From positions 248,001-312,000 of the forward strand of contig NW_020843837.1 of the NCBI RefSeq assembly GCF_003704095.1: a stretch of 64,000 nt of DNA. Direction: 5' to 3'. The notes beneath the pieces were generated by a model, which saw nothing but the letters and a program-made list of their open reading frames with translations, did not search any database and was not told where the DNA came from. Made by a program: the position numbers and the translations under genes. Position 1 is the first letter of the stretch. The number at the start of each line of letters is the position of its first letter. The DNA is from Pocillopora damicornis (taxonomy: Eukaryota). Below are positions 12,101 to 24,850 of this stretch, in pieces.

Positions 12101-15100
12101 CTATATTATTTCAGCTTTGTACTCCTCCAGCCAGCGTTGCACCTCCGTCAAGTCGTAATTGTACGGACCCGTGCCCCCTTCGTAAACTATTTTGCCTTGT
12201 TGTATAATAAACAGTCTCTCGGGCCACGCGCCATACGCCATGGAAGCTTCATTCTTCATGGTGTCCACTATAACAGGGGCAGGACAACCGCTGGACTTTA
12301 AGATTTCTGCAGCAGCAAATCGGTCTTTCAAGCATTTATGCTGAGCAATTTCAACATTGTTCTAAAGATGCAAAAAAGTGTATTTTAAAACAAACTAAAA
12401 CTTTTACAAACAGAAGGCTTTGTGTGAACAATGAAATAATTAATACGGGATCGCTCTGGTTTGCTTCAACGCGCCCAGTGATTAGCTTAAAAAAATCGTG
12501 CGTTCCTCTCAACCAGTCAGGTGAAAAATAAAATCAATCGTGACTTGGCAAATCGCATGTTCCCATAGCTTCGGGCAGTTTGCTTTTTTTTCGCTTCAAG
12601 CCGTCATGCAACTAAATAACGATTCCATAATTTAAGAATCGCAGCTAAATTGAAGCAAACATCACCAAAAATAAAAGGTTATAGACATCCTGACGGAGGG
12701 GTAGCACTCTTTTAAACTTTTTTTTTGCTGTTTGCTGTTCTGAGGAGGTCTTAATACTGTTTGATAATGATAGAGAACCACAAAAAATTACAGTCTGAGG
12801 CGGCAAAATGCACTGTGGCTTACAGTCGGTAATTTGGCGGTAACTTTTGGCAAAGACAAATGTGAGGATTGAAATAAATCATGATGTGGTTTATGTGGGT
12901 AAACCAGACACGATTCTGCCACCTCTTGCATTTTAAAAATGCGATTAGTGATATTCGTTTAAGAAGGTGTTGGTGAAATTTGATCAGAGTTTTTTTTTGG
13001 CCCGTAAGTAAAAGCACTCGAGAACAAACGTTCTGTTTGACTGTTCGTTCTAAATCACCAATGTGATGTCTTCATTGATTCAATGTCAACATCTTACTAA
13101 GTCTTATTGATAGCAAGATCATCAACTTCTTGATTCTGAACATATCATGATCAAATCACTCAGTAAAAGCTTAAATATTTGTGTAACTGCTTGAGACCCC
13201 GAAGTTTGCTTATCGCAAAACAATTTGAGCAAGATGCTAGAAAACTTGGGTTTAGACCTTGATTGTTTTGAGTGAATTTTTAAAGTCAGTTCATTTTCGT
13301 ACTTCCACATAACTATTACTGTACATGGAATTTGTTTGTTTTTCTCGCATATGTTTAAATTGCAGACCAATGTTTAACGAACAATTACTAACAAAACTAC
13401 AATAAAACTAACAGTTCTGTATGCTCTTCCTATTTTTAAAGGCTTTGTTTTCGACGATGAAGTGTTTTTCGTAAGTTTCTTAACAAAAATCCCTATTTCC
13501 AAAGATCAAAAGTTCGATAAATAAATCTTCAGTCAGACAAACTGAGACATTCTGTGATGCTGAAACACCTGTTGAAAGTTATCTTAGATAACAAGAAATT
13601 TTTGGAATCTAGTTTTTAGAGGTAGACTCTGCCCTGCGCTATTATGCGTCTGCTCAAATGTCATGGTAACAGCCATAATAATAGACCAAAACAAAACCCT
13701 GAGGGATTACAGAAGACGAAGATCGCGAAAAGAACCTTGAAAAAGCCAAGAATTAACACTGGTATTTTTGACTTGGCACGTTTCCCTTGGTATCCACGAG
13801 GGAAACTTGCCAAGGATGAAAATTGTTTCTTCAAAAAGAGAGAGGGCAATGTGAAGGAAATTGTAGAGGGTTAATGAGAAATTTCTCTCAGGTTTGTCTA
13901 CATTTCTTAGCAAGCACTGATGCCAAGTTTTCCCTTCACGAGTTAACTACGAAAGGAAAAACGCACTTCCTAATGGAACTTTGCTAAGTAAATAGGGCAT
14001 TAGGTTGAAATTTCAAGATGTAAAGCGTGATATAGCTTCGGGCCAACGAGAACTAAGGAAGTCGTTAACGATGATCGAAGTGGAAAATTGTTTCTGCCGG
14101 TACCGATTGCTCTATTGTTGTGGGAAAGAGTTATGGCATCATTTTCACTGAAAGGAACCGCAAGAGAGACAATACCCTTAAAATCATTGTCTACTAAAAC
14201 TCGGAACTTAAATAACTTAAAATACACGATCCATAAGGTTTCAATTCATCTAACTCGTCTTCTGACTCAAAAAAAATCACAACCTTATACTCATTCATAT
14301 CCCACATATCAAACATTTCCACCAGCACCACGTGGTTAATCAGTCCTGGAGTTTTCCACTAATCGATCAGCTCACAATATTTCAAGGGAGAGACAAGAAG
14401 ATCAGACACCGGTTTCGCGGGTCAGTTCTGTTGAACCAATTAGTTTAGAGAATGATGCTGATTATAAAGGTATCAGTCGTTTAATACACGCATTGAAATC
14501 GTTTTGTATGACCATTTCCGCACGTAATAACGCATCCTAGTTGTTGCGTCGTGAAGACGACTCAAAAGACCAACAAGTTCCATAACAGATACTTTAAACT
14601 ACTGTTGTTCGGTTGAAGAAGGGGAGCCAAAACTGAATGGCATATGGGCCCTATAACCCAAACGACATAACTATAAATACATTATCAATAAAATTTTGTG
14701 TTACTTCCTTTTATCATCAGGAAAGTGAAAGTATTCAAATTTCATTTTGAAAACTAACAAACAGTTTGATATGAAACATATTAGTTTGCGTTTGACTCCC
14801 TTTTTCTCTCGTCTTCCTCAAGAGTAATTACGCAAAATAAATCAACTCTTCCAATTGTTTTCCTTTTATCACGAATTACGTCACTTTAATCGCATCTTGT
14901 TTGCTTGCGGGGAGCCGCTCTGACGCCAAAAATAAATGTTTGAGGTTTCAATCATACTTGCTATAAACTACCTCATTATGCGCTTATTTTGATGTTCTGC
15001 TATAAAAAAGCTAATTATGAAAAAATCCTTGCGTAAACTTGCCATGTAGGCTATCAAATTCCACACCAATACAAATAATCGTTTTTCGTGAAACAACTCC

Positions 15101-16131
15101 TCTTCAATTAACCGCAAATTTTTTGAAATGCTGGTGCACATGATCTGCCGCCGTCATGCGCCCATGAATAGCTATGCTTTCTGAAGTCTGTTTTTCGTTA
15201 CGTCAAATCGCATTTTCCTCAGAACATTGCATTTTCAAGAGTCGCTCACAGCTATGTTTAAAGTGCAGAGAGTGGAAAGCAAATTCCACCTGACCTCACG
15301 CAAGCTTCAATCGAACTTTAGAAACGGTAATCTCTATGTGTTGCTTGTTTTTAATAAACGAAAAATGTTCCGTTGATACTCAATCCTTAATGGGGGACGG
15401 CTAAGCTTTTACTTTAAGTGATAAACAGAAGCATAATGCATTTCATCCCTCCAATTGCAGGCATGGAAACGTCTTCACAATTTAGTAACAAATGATGCTT
15501 CGTAATAATTAAATTTGATATACAACAAACGATAACGCTAGATATGAATTGCAAGATTCGCTTAAATATATATTTATACAAACAAACAAACAAACAAAAC
15601 AAAAGATAGCGTAAAAACGAAAACAAAAACAGAACAACAAAATCCAAAACTTACATTCCATTTCCATCCGTCACTTGGATGTGCCTCGCTAATGTAAATA
15701 ACCTTAAAGTCCGCAACATCAGCAAAATCCCGAACGACTTTGGTGAAGTCGTTCTTGAGACGGATGAAGAACGGAGGTCAGCTGCAGCTGCCGAAGTTAA
15801 GAACCAATGGACGTTCCCCTCTGGCTAGATCTAGCAATCTGCACTCTTTTTGGTCTGTCGAAATCAGCTCACAGTCTGGCGCTGGAGAACCAAGTCGCGC
15901 TGTTTTGTTTAAGTCGCCAAGATTTAACTGCATAACTGCGCGCAACATTTTCCAGCTGCACCACGACTGCCAGAAATCTTCATAGGGCACTAGAAGGAAC
16001 TTCTCATTGTATCTTTTGATTCTGTCTTTGAGGATAGGGATCGAAGACGCTATTCGCATCAAGCCAATTGCTAAAGTGATACGAATTACCGTTAGCGGCC
16101 AAAGAACAGCATATGCTGCTGAAGAAAGCAT
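12101..16131 (-). CDS. DIO: Iodothyronine deiodinase-like selenoprotein B, 245 aa; exons 16131-15655 and 12361-12101; Sec (TGA) at 15780-15778, codon 118 (in-frame upstream ATG at 16182 also possible)
   Basis: RPLVLNFGSCS-TGA-PPF...YISEAHPSDGWKWN|NNVEIAQHKCLKDRF...AYGAWPERLFII...YEGGTGPYNY. Same intron position and phase and identical coding exon lengths (477 and 261 nt) to paralog A; GCAGCCATG start context; SECIS downstream. Confidence 0.95.
12445..12600. repeat. Dispersed repeat copy (family also at 34526 and 59070)
   Basis: Shares the ...GGTTT(T)GC...GTGATT...CTCTCAACCA(A/G)TCAG...CAATC...GACTT... order with the other two copies. Confidence 0.5.
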
Positions 16132-16195
16132 GGCTGCTGCAAGGCTCTGAAGAGCTCTTGTACTTTGTACGATTGGAGACATCGAAAACTCATTT

Positions 16196-16256
16196 AAGCA
16201 CTGCGATACCTCTTTGACCGACTTATATACACGTGCAGTGCGTGTGAGTACGTCAT
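16196..16256 (-). promoter_or_regulatory. Putative core promoter of deiodinase B (TATA box, E-box, CRE-like site)
   Basis: TATATAA at 16229-16223, directly preceded by CACGTG (16230-16235); ATGACGTA at 16256-16249; Inr-like GCAGT about 25-30 nt downstream of the TATA box. Confidence 0.55.
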
Positions 16257-17710
16257 CAGCTTAACATCGGTATGATTCATGCTTACAAAAACAATATTCA
16301 AAGAAATTCGCGTGTCATGGGTAAAGTCACGAAAGGTCTAGCTTCCTGTTTTGTATGGGGCACTTGAAGATATTGCGCTTATTTCAGTTGCACGTTCATT
16401 TGCGCGAGTGTGCCCTCTGTATTTCTGCTGGCGTCAAACGAAGCAGAACGTATTCGAAAGCGTGCGCGTGTTTTCATGGCACAATAAACAAACGAGTGTT
16501 TGGCTGTTACGTTAAAATAAGGAAACTCTTTACATAATCACAGAAAACAGATCTTAGTGGCTCACTCGTAATCTCATTTGGATGGAGGAAAAGTTGTATC
16601 GTTTTGTGCCAAAAGCTTAAAAGTACGTTAGCGTGACTGGAAGTTGGATTTAAAAAGGGGGCGTGTTTCTTTCTCTTTTTTTTTCCTTGCATGGTTCCTC
16701 TGATCGACTTAGTTCAGTCACGTAAATGACCTTTCTGAGCAATCACACTTTACAACTTTTACGTTGATGTAATTGGAGGGTGGATTAAATGCAGTCCGTT
16801 TCACAATAGCTTCACGAAACTATTGTTCCTTCAAAATTCTTTAACCAATTACTTTCCAGTGTTTCCATAGCGATTCACTTATTCCCAAAAAATAAAATCG
16901 ACGACATCAGAAAAAAATGATACGACCGCATAATCAAGATTTTGACAAACCTCTGTAGATAGCTCTACTGTTTATCATCGGACCCGTCACTTGATTCCAA
17001 TCGGAGAGAAGTACTATCGCCTTTGAGTAGAATGTTTAGATAATCATTATGATAACCAACAAACCCTTCAAAGAGTTAACCTAAAACGTAAGTGATCAAA
17101 TAACATAATGAAAAGGAAGATGGTAAAAGTTTCTTAAACAGTTAAAATTTTTCATAGTCTATTGAGCAGAGGAATAAACGTTTACGGCGGCATCAAGGCT
17201 TCTTTGCTAACTCAAGTAAGCGTTCATTATTTCAAGTGTTCTAACACCGTTACAAAGTGTAGTAAGTGCTAGAAATGCCTATGACGACCGCAATTAATCA
17301 AAACCTTTTTAAAACATGATTAAACAGAAATATCTAAGTATGGCGATGACGTCGCTCGCTACCGCAAGCAGCATGTTGAGTTCGCCGGGTTACGCTTGTT
17401 TAGTAGCGTTACCCCAGATAAATATTCAGCCTTAAAGCACTTCATAAACAGGCAACTCAGGAAGGGTAACATCAATTGCTAAGAGAAAACGATTTTCGTG
17501 ATTTCAATTGCATTGAAGATAGTTAAGGCCAAGTTATCGACTTCAGATGACGTCGACGAGATTTTCCATTTTGCAAAACAAACGCATTTGATAAAAGTAT
17601 TCTAAGTATTCCAGGTATGTTTGCAACGACAGTAGGTTACCGGTATTCGAACAACCTGAGACATTGTTGTGGTTTATAAACATACATACGAGACATATCT
17701 TTAGCTCTTA

Positions 17711-17790
17711 AGTGAAACACTTTCTTTCTTAGACCGTCCCTGTTATAACGAATGAAACACTTTCTTTCTTAAACCGTCCCTGTTATAACG
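17711..17790. repeat. Tandem duplication, 2 x 40 bp
   Basis: A(G/A)TGAAACACTTTCTTTCTTA(G/A)ACCGTCCCTGTTATAACG occurs twice. Confidence 0.9.
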
Positions 17791-19251
17791 GATTTAATTC
17801 CAAAGAAAAGAAAAACTTGCTCAAGAGAACTTAGTACAGTTGCAGTAATGTCCTTTTCCTTTCGTACACGTGTTTGACATACGACACAGTCACACGGTCC
17901 AACATTCTAAAATGAAGCACACAAAATTTCCACGTGGATCTATTAATTGTTTTCCCTAATAGATGTCATTGTTGTTCAAACCCCTTTAAAGCCTCTTATG
18001 AAAAACGCTCTCAAGAATACTCCCCGCGGCTCTGTTTGATCAAAACAAGGGTAACTCAGCGACTTCACGCAACCGCCGCTGAAGCAGAACGATGGCTCAA
18101 CAATCTTGAAGATTCGATTCAACAGATTCACAGACTAGTCACAAGAACTTAAATAGGGTCACGCTAACCCTGAAGATAGTCACGCTAACGCTGAAGAAAG
18201 TCACGTGAACATTTTATGATCTCTGAACGTGGGATTGTTGTTATTGTAATAATTGCAAATCAGGATTTACAACAACCTAAGAGGTTGTATAGCAAATGCA
18301 GTAATAATAGCGCAATACCAAAGCTGTAATAGCATTTGACTATCTATCCACGCGCATGTCAAAATTACTACAACTCACCATTCACGCACGTGTCAAATTT
18401 ACTATGACGAAGCATTCCGTTCGCAAAATCATGGACAAAAATAGCTGCACTGCGCGCAGACCTCGCCGAACGGCGAAAACACGGCTAACTGGTTAATCAC
18501 GGTTATTTCTAAGTTAATCAGAAAATCGTCTTCGTGTGCTCTTAATTGCGTAGAATTTACGTACAGGTTCGGTGAAAGTAATCCAAGAAAACAAGAACAG
18601 ATAAATCATCACATGGTGGAACTTTCCGGTACACATTGATGGCTTTTCAATAAAATTCAAATGGACGATACCTCAACCACTGAAAAAGTCAAAGGTTAGG
18701 TACTTGCATGCACAGAAAAAGGTATTTTTGGAGAGTAAAACAAAACAAGGCGGGAGGGCAACAGATCTTACAGTATTCTTCTTTTTCCGGCTTAAGTACA
18801 AAAGAAAAGTACTTAACTATCACGTAGAAAAAAAAAACTTAATTATCGCGCAGAACAAAACACTTCTTTGCCGTTTTACTTATCATCATTACAGAGCTGA
18901 CGTTTCATCATCGCCTGTGTATTTCTCCTGAGAGATTGTGCGTTTATAACAGGGAAAGCTGAATAATAAAACGAAACTAACCAAATGAGTAAAATATTGT
19001 GTTGTAGCTCTTGCGTACAACTAAAAGTTTAGTAACCGTAAATCCATCATTAGTAAATTGTAATTACTAAGTGCTCTTGTAAAACTCAATATCTTGACGA
19101 TTTTACCTACTTCAAGGTAAAATACATAATTAAAAGCTTCAGATACCAAGCAGATTAATTGGATAGTGCGCGTGAGTATTTTTTGTTTTTTTTTTTTTTG
19201 TCTTCAATAAATGTAATTTTCCTATTACGTGATGGTCAGATAACTTCCTAG

Positions 19252-19900
19252 ACCTTTAACCGGAAAATGAAACAAAAGAAAAAAAATGGACGATGAAGCT
19301 TCGGCTTTTATGTTTCATACATAACTATTTTCTGGAAATATTGTGCGGACCTCTCAAAGAGACTACGTCGTATCACCGAAAATAGCCGATGGACTACGAA
19401 GTTTCGGCTTTTATATTTCAAACATAACAATTTTCTGGAAATATTGTGCGGACCTCTCAAAGAAAGTACGTCGAAGCACCGAAAATATCCGAGTACTAGA
19501 ACTACCTATGATGACCGCAGTTATTCACGTGATCAAGCTGAACCATTAAACGTATCGATGACACCAAGCAGATTCACTGGAAAGTGTAAGTGGGTGCATT
19601 TCTTAAAAGCAATTTTCTTATTATGCAATAGTCAGATTAATCCTTTAACCTTTAACCGAAAAAATAAAACAGAGACACAAACAGAAATGGCCGATGAAGC
19701 TTCATCTTTGATATTTCAAAACATAGCAGATTTCCGGAAATATTGAGCGGATCTCTTACAGGAACTACGTCGAATCGCCGCCCAAAATAGCCGAGTACTA
19801 GAACTTCCCATGGGGACCGCAGTTAATCAAAACCTTTTCAAAACATGATCAAACTAAACTATTAAAGTATTATTGGCGTCATTCGGTCGCAAGTAGCAGA
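19252..19900. repeat. Three diverged local repeats with a core of about 110-140 bp
   Basis: GAAG(C/T)TTC...TTTC...ACATA...GGAAATATTG(T/A)GCGGA(C/T)CTCT...TACGTCG...AAAATA(G/T)CCGA recurs at about 19290, 19395 and 19690. Confidence 0.75.
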
Positions 19901-21504
19901 TAAGCGTGAGTTGCTTTCTTCAGTTCCTGTCAAGGCTGCTGAGGGGTAACCCTAGATATACGACTTAAGTAGCGTTATTTAAACAGATTACTCAGAAATA
20001 CCTCAAGAAGAAAACGATTTTCGAGGTTGTGTTAGCATTAGCTACAAAGTCTATCGATAATAATGATTATATATGCAATAGTGGTAATATGCTCGCGCCT
20101 GAGAGTCGACCTGATTTTCCTTTCAGCAGAGGAAACGGATTTTCATTGCCACAGATTACGTAAGCTGAACCCGGATTTTCATCACTATCCATAGCTTAAG
20201 CCGGACATGATCGCTAAGACACTTGGGAAACATGAGAGATACTCAAACGACATGAGAGTTTGGTGAGGTTCACATTCCGCGAGAATAGGAAAAAGTTCCT
20301 GAAATGGCTTGAGATTTCGACTTGTTCAAAAGTGCAATTAAACTTGATTTCAACGTTCAGACGTTGCCTGTAACGTTTAAACGTTTTCTTTCAATGTTTA
20401 AAAGTTTGATTGTTAGCTTGCTTTGTGTGTGGCGTTGATCAACAGAACATAAGTGCCAACAATCTAGGTAAGTGTTCTGTTATTTGCAATCACAAGTACT
20501 GTATTGTTAATTAGACCACAAATAAACCACTTTAATGAATGTTTGGAAAATTGCATAATTCAATTACTCCTGGCTTTCGTCAGCGCAGAGTGGACGGGTG
20601 TATATATTTGTGCAGAATTTTCTCCTTTTAGCAATCAGTCACGCGAACGCGGAAGAATCAAAGTATGAAATCTTTGATCATTTTCATCCCTGTCGGTGCG
20701 CTTCACAACCCATATTCAACAGAAGTTATCGATAGACATAAACCGGCTACTCATACCTGCCGAAGATACCTGGTTGCGATTTTTAACTTGATGAAGAATC
20801 ACTTGACCGTTAAGATCTTACCTTAACCATATGATATAAGACTAGTGTTCATAAAGGCTCGCAAAACTGAGACAATATAGCAAAACGATGTCCGTTCGTA
20901 AACTGGCCAATACAAACTTTATAAGACTCATCGTGACGATAGTGACATCGTATATGAATCATGCCTGATGCAGTTTAAGCCTAAAGACACGAAAAGGGCG
21001 TGCCATTACGAACATAATGGAATATTAACACTTTCAAAGGAGAAATTTCGCATTATTAATCTTATTTTTCACAATTACAACTTTATGCATTGCCCAGACT
21101 CAAGCACGAATATATATTAAAAAAAAACGTTTCTGCCCAGAAGCACGAATATCGTTACGATATTTGCACTCGTTTCGCGCACCAGTTGAACTTTTTAAAA
21201 GCTGAACAAAGCCGATAAAGTCCTAAGAATTTCAAATTAGTATTCCATTAGACATATGCCACCAAGCCACTCATAAAGACCACAAAAGTACCAACAAACA
21301 CGCAGTATCTGCTTTTCTTTCGCCATTATTTTCCGTCATAGTAAAACGTTTTTGACATTTTGTGACACGTGTCAGACCAAGGCGTTATTTGTATGTGATC
21401 AATAAGATCACGTAAAAAGTTAGCTGGTTAAATAAGAACAATGGCAAGTTTTGTGCTCGTTCGTCGAATGAAAATCATTTGTCACAAGCAAACAACAAAG
21501 GAAT

Positions 21505-21670
21505 AAGACCTGAGTCCTCCGGGAGGAATCAAACCCTACATCGTCGGATTTCGTGTTCCGATGCTCTACCGCTGAGCTTCAGAGAGCTCAGTAATGAGTT
21601 TTAAGTGCATTATAAGGTTCACATAGGTGACAAACGTCGTACGCTTGTCTAGGATCAGCAATGTTGATAG
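21505..21670 (-). mobile_element. tRNA-derived SINE
   Basis: Minus strand has a degenerate tRNA-like segment (AGCTCAGCGGTAGAGCATCGG...GGTTTGATTCCTCC) with A and B boxes; related copy at 51780-51910. Confidence 0.65.
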
Positions 21671-22849
21671 CCAAGAATGGCTATCAACACTTATCAGAGG
21701 TCGTAACAATCAAGAGCCTCACTGATTCTGAGATAAAGTTCAGTTTCCTCTTTAGAAAAGTGATTTCTTGATATGATGTTGATGATGGATTCTTGTGCTT
21801 TGAAAGCATTCACTCCCCATTCACTAACAAGTATAAAGTTATGGGGTCACAGATCCTTAGAAGTTCAAGTGTTTTGTTTTGGTGCGTTTCCAAAGTTGAA
21901 GGACGTGATGGCTTCTAGAAGGAATCGCGGTATGAGTCTTTGTCAGAATTTTTAGTTTGCAGCAATGATGGTTACGTAAATCAAAACAAGTGGAGGGCCA
22001 CCAGGAAGGAAACTGACGAAGTTTTTGAGCACCGATTCCAATATTACATTTGCTGTATTTCAGCAGTAAATCGTAAAATCATGCGATATTAAGATCCTGA
22101 GAAAACAAAGGTTTTTTTGTGTTTCCATTGCTGTAAACGATCGCAGTGTCTGAAATTTAAGGTACTTCGCCCTACCTTTTAGCCTCCGCGCAGACCCTTC
22201 CGTAAATAACAGCTTCCGTGCGTTCGCCATTTTAAGTTTCAAACAAAATTAAACGATGTCCACTGGAGTGTCACGCTATTGAAAATCTACAAAGAACCCA
22301 TTCGTCACGCACTCCTGAGCATGAAAAGGCTAAGCTCATTTCTTGAAGAGGACGACTCGCATGGCTTCCAGCAAAATCACTTCGACCATTTCTTTACTCA
22401 AATATTGAAACTATCGGTGGCAAAAGCTCTGATACTTACACAGGGAATGAAAATAGAAAAATTGTTCAAACATTTGCGTCATCAGCCTGCTGATAAATAG
22501 TTCGCTGTCCGTTAAGTCACGCAAATTTCCCTCAAATTACCAGTGGATTTAATGTTCCCCCTTTTAAGGGAAGTACTTTTCACCTTTTTCCATCGTTAAA
22601 AAAACATCTTAACAAATAAGCTACGAGGTCCTATTGACGCGGTTCACGATATTTTCTTTGCCGTTTTATTTCCTGCTATTTGCATGATTATCGTGTGAAT
22701 CAGTGTGACGAAAATTACAAATATATTATCTCGGCGAAATAGAAAAACAAACAGAAAACATCAAAATGATGATACGTTATTGAGTCTGTTAAATCGTAAG
22801 ATATCACACCAACAATGTAAAACAAATAAATAAATAAATAGATAAAAAT

Positions 22850-23085
22850 AAATAATAATGTTAGAGGTCTAAAAGCTTAAAATCATGCAATAAGACTAAC
22901 TATTGACTAACTTCGATCTCAAACTGTATACGGACGTTGTATTTACAACATCTTCGGGAAGGGAGTTTCATTCATTGATTGTTCGTTGGAAGAAAGAAAA
23001 CTTACAAATCTTCTTTCTTTGCCCTGAGGGTACAAACTCTAAAAGAGTGGCTCCCACGGGTTCATCTTTCACTGTTTGGTTTTAG
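22850..23085 (-). mobile_element. Decayed 3' end of a non-LTR retrotransposon (LINE) ORF2
   Basis: Minus translation gives TRGSH-like...KFSFFQRTINE*NSLPEDVV..., the typical SFF.RT..EWN.LP C-terminal motif with W mutated to a stop. Confidence 0.65.
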
Positions 23086-23739
23086 ATTAGTGGCTATTGA
23101 TAACTCTGTCAGACTGTGGGAGAATTTAGACGTAAAAAACACTCTGGCGGAGATTGATGAAAATAGCGCAATATGGCTTCATCGTCATTTACAGCTAAAC
23201 CACTCTAATCATCAATAATAATGTTAAAACCTTGTCAGTGTTCCGAAAGCACATCATAATTTATACAAATTTTACCTCTGGCTTTGGACTTGCCTTGATT
23301 CACCAGATTTACGAGTTCCCTACGACGACGAAGAACTTGGCACGTTATAGTTTACGAATACAGCGGTCAAACTTCTCTGCTTGTGCGAACGCTTTAACGC
23401 TGTAACGCTTTCACGCTGTCCGAACTGTGTTGTCCACGACGAGGTACAAACAACCAAAGGAGCCAGTTTTAGAAGCGTAACTTTTTTTGATAAAGTTCAA
23501 AACACTGAATGGTAAATCACAGGATACCCTAACTTGAAGAAGCGTCGTGTTCGAAAAGTCTAGAGTTTTCTATTCCCCTAAGAAGAATTAAAATTCTGTT
23601 GAAATCAAGTGACCTGCAGCCACCACATCATCTGGCTTTGCGGACTTATCTCCACGAAGTCGACCTTGGTCGCCACGCAAGATGCAAATAGTCATGTGAA
23701 AAGAAAACAGGCACGCTTGAGACTATAATCCCTGAGGCT

Positions 23740-24850
23740 GTCATCCCTTGGATCACCGAATTCCTCACTTCGCACAAACAACGAGTTAAGCTCGGCCCTA
23801 ACTGCTTTTCGGAATGGGGCGCAGTCCGGCGGTAGTTCCTCAAGGTACAAAACTGGGGCAGTGGCTGTTTATCATTATGATCAACGAGCTAAATGTTTCT
23901 AGCACCGATCTCTGGAAATATGTTGACGATACCACAATTTCGCAGACGATTAGAAAGAAAAAAGAGAGTTATATCCAAGCCGCTGTTGACATCCTGGCAA
24001 ACCGTGCGTCCGTAGATAACTTTTTCAACTTAACGAGACGAGATGCAAGGAACTGCGTATAAACTTCAACACTAACAACACCACTTTATTCGATCCAGTT
24101 GTTGTTGATGGTATGCCTATTGATCTAGCTGCCAGTGCCAAAATAGTACGCCTCAACATATCCAAGGATTTGAGATGGAACTGCCACATTTACAACATTA
24201 TCAAGAAAGCCAAGAGGCGCTTGTATAGCTTATCTCAGCTTAAACGCTCTCGGTCTTGGTATCCGTGAGTTAGTTCGGTTTCAGGCCTGCACTTGCACTC
24301 GTCCGATCACGGAGTATGCATGTCAAGTACGTCTTTCATAACGGTCTCCCCATATGCCTCTCCAACGAACTTGAAGAGTACAAAAACGGGCTATGCGAAT
24401 CATCTTTCCCTTTTGCTCGTATAACGAGGCATCGGCTAAATCAGGCCTAATGAAACTTTCAGACCGCTGTCAGGAACTAGTTGATAAACTATTCAAGAAA
24501 ACTATTCAGAGCGAACAGAACAAGCTTCATGACCGGCTTTACTCTACCTTTAATACAAATACTTTGAACATAAGAAACAAACGGAAGTTTAGGCGCGTGT
24601 TCAAGACGAACAGATTTCGCAACAGTTTTATCATTTTAAATGCCCTTTTAACCTAAACTTTTTCTACTAGACTTTTATACTTATTCGACATATTTTATTT
24701 ACAAACGTAACAGATATACAAAAACAAATTTTTTTGCAAACTTATTATAAACTACTGGTAGTCCTTTTAATGTAACTATTGATATAATTTTTTTTAATAA
24801 TCGCACAATTCAATGTTTTAGTTGCAAACGGTGATAAACCATTTATCTTA
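23740..24850 (+). mobile_element. Truncated, frameshifted LINE reverse transcriptase (CR1/L2-group-like)
   Basis: WITEFL...QRVKL, VPQGTKLG.WLF.IMIN.L, catalytic KYVDDT, then KRAMRIIFP and TNRFRNSFI; several frameshifts. Confidence 0.85.

Noticed and set aside
19252-19900. CRISPR-like array
   Set aside because: Repeats are long and diverged with no unique spacers; eukaryotic context with no cas genes.
21505-21600. tRNA gene (also 51780-51910)
   Set aside because: Stems are broken and the segment is embedded in repeat flanks, so it is a SINE rather than a functional tRNA.
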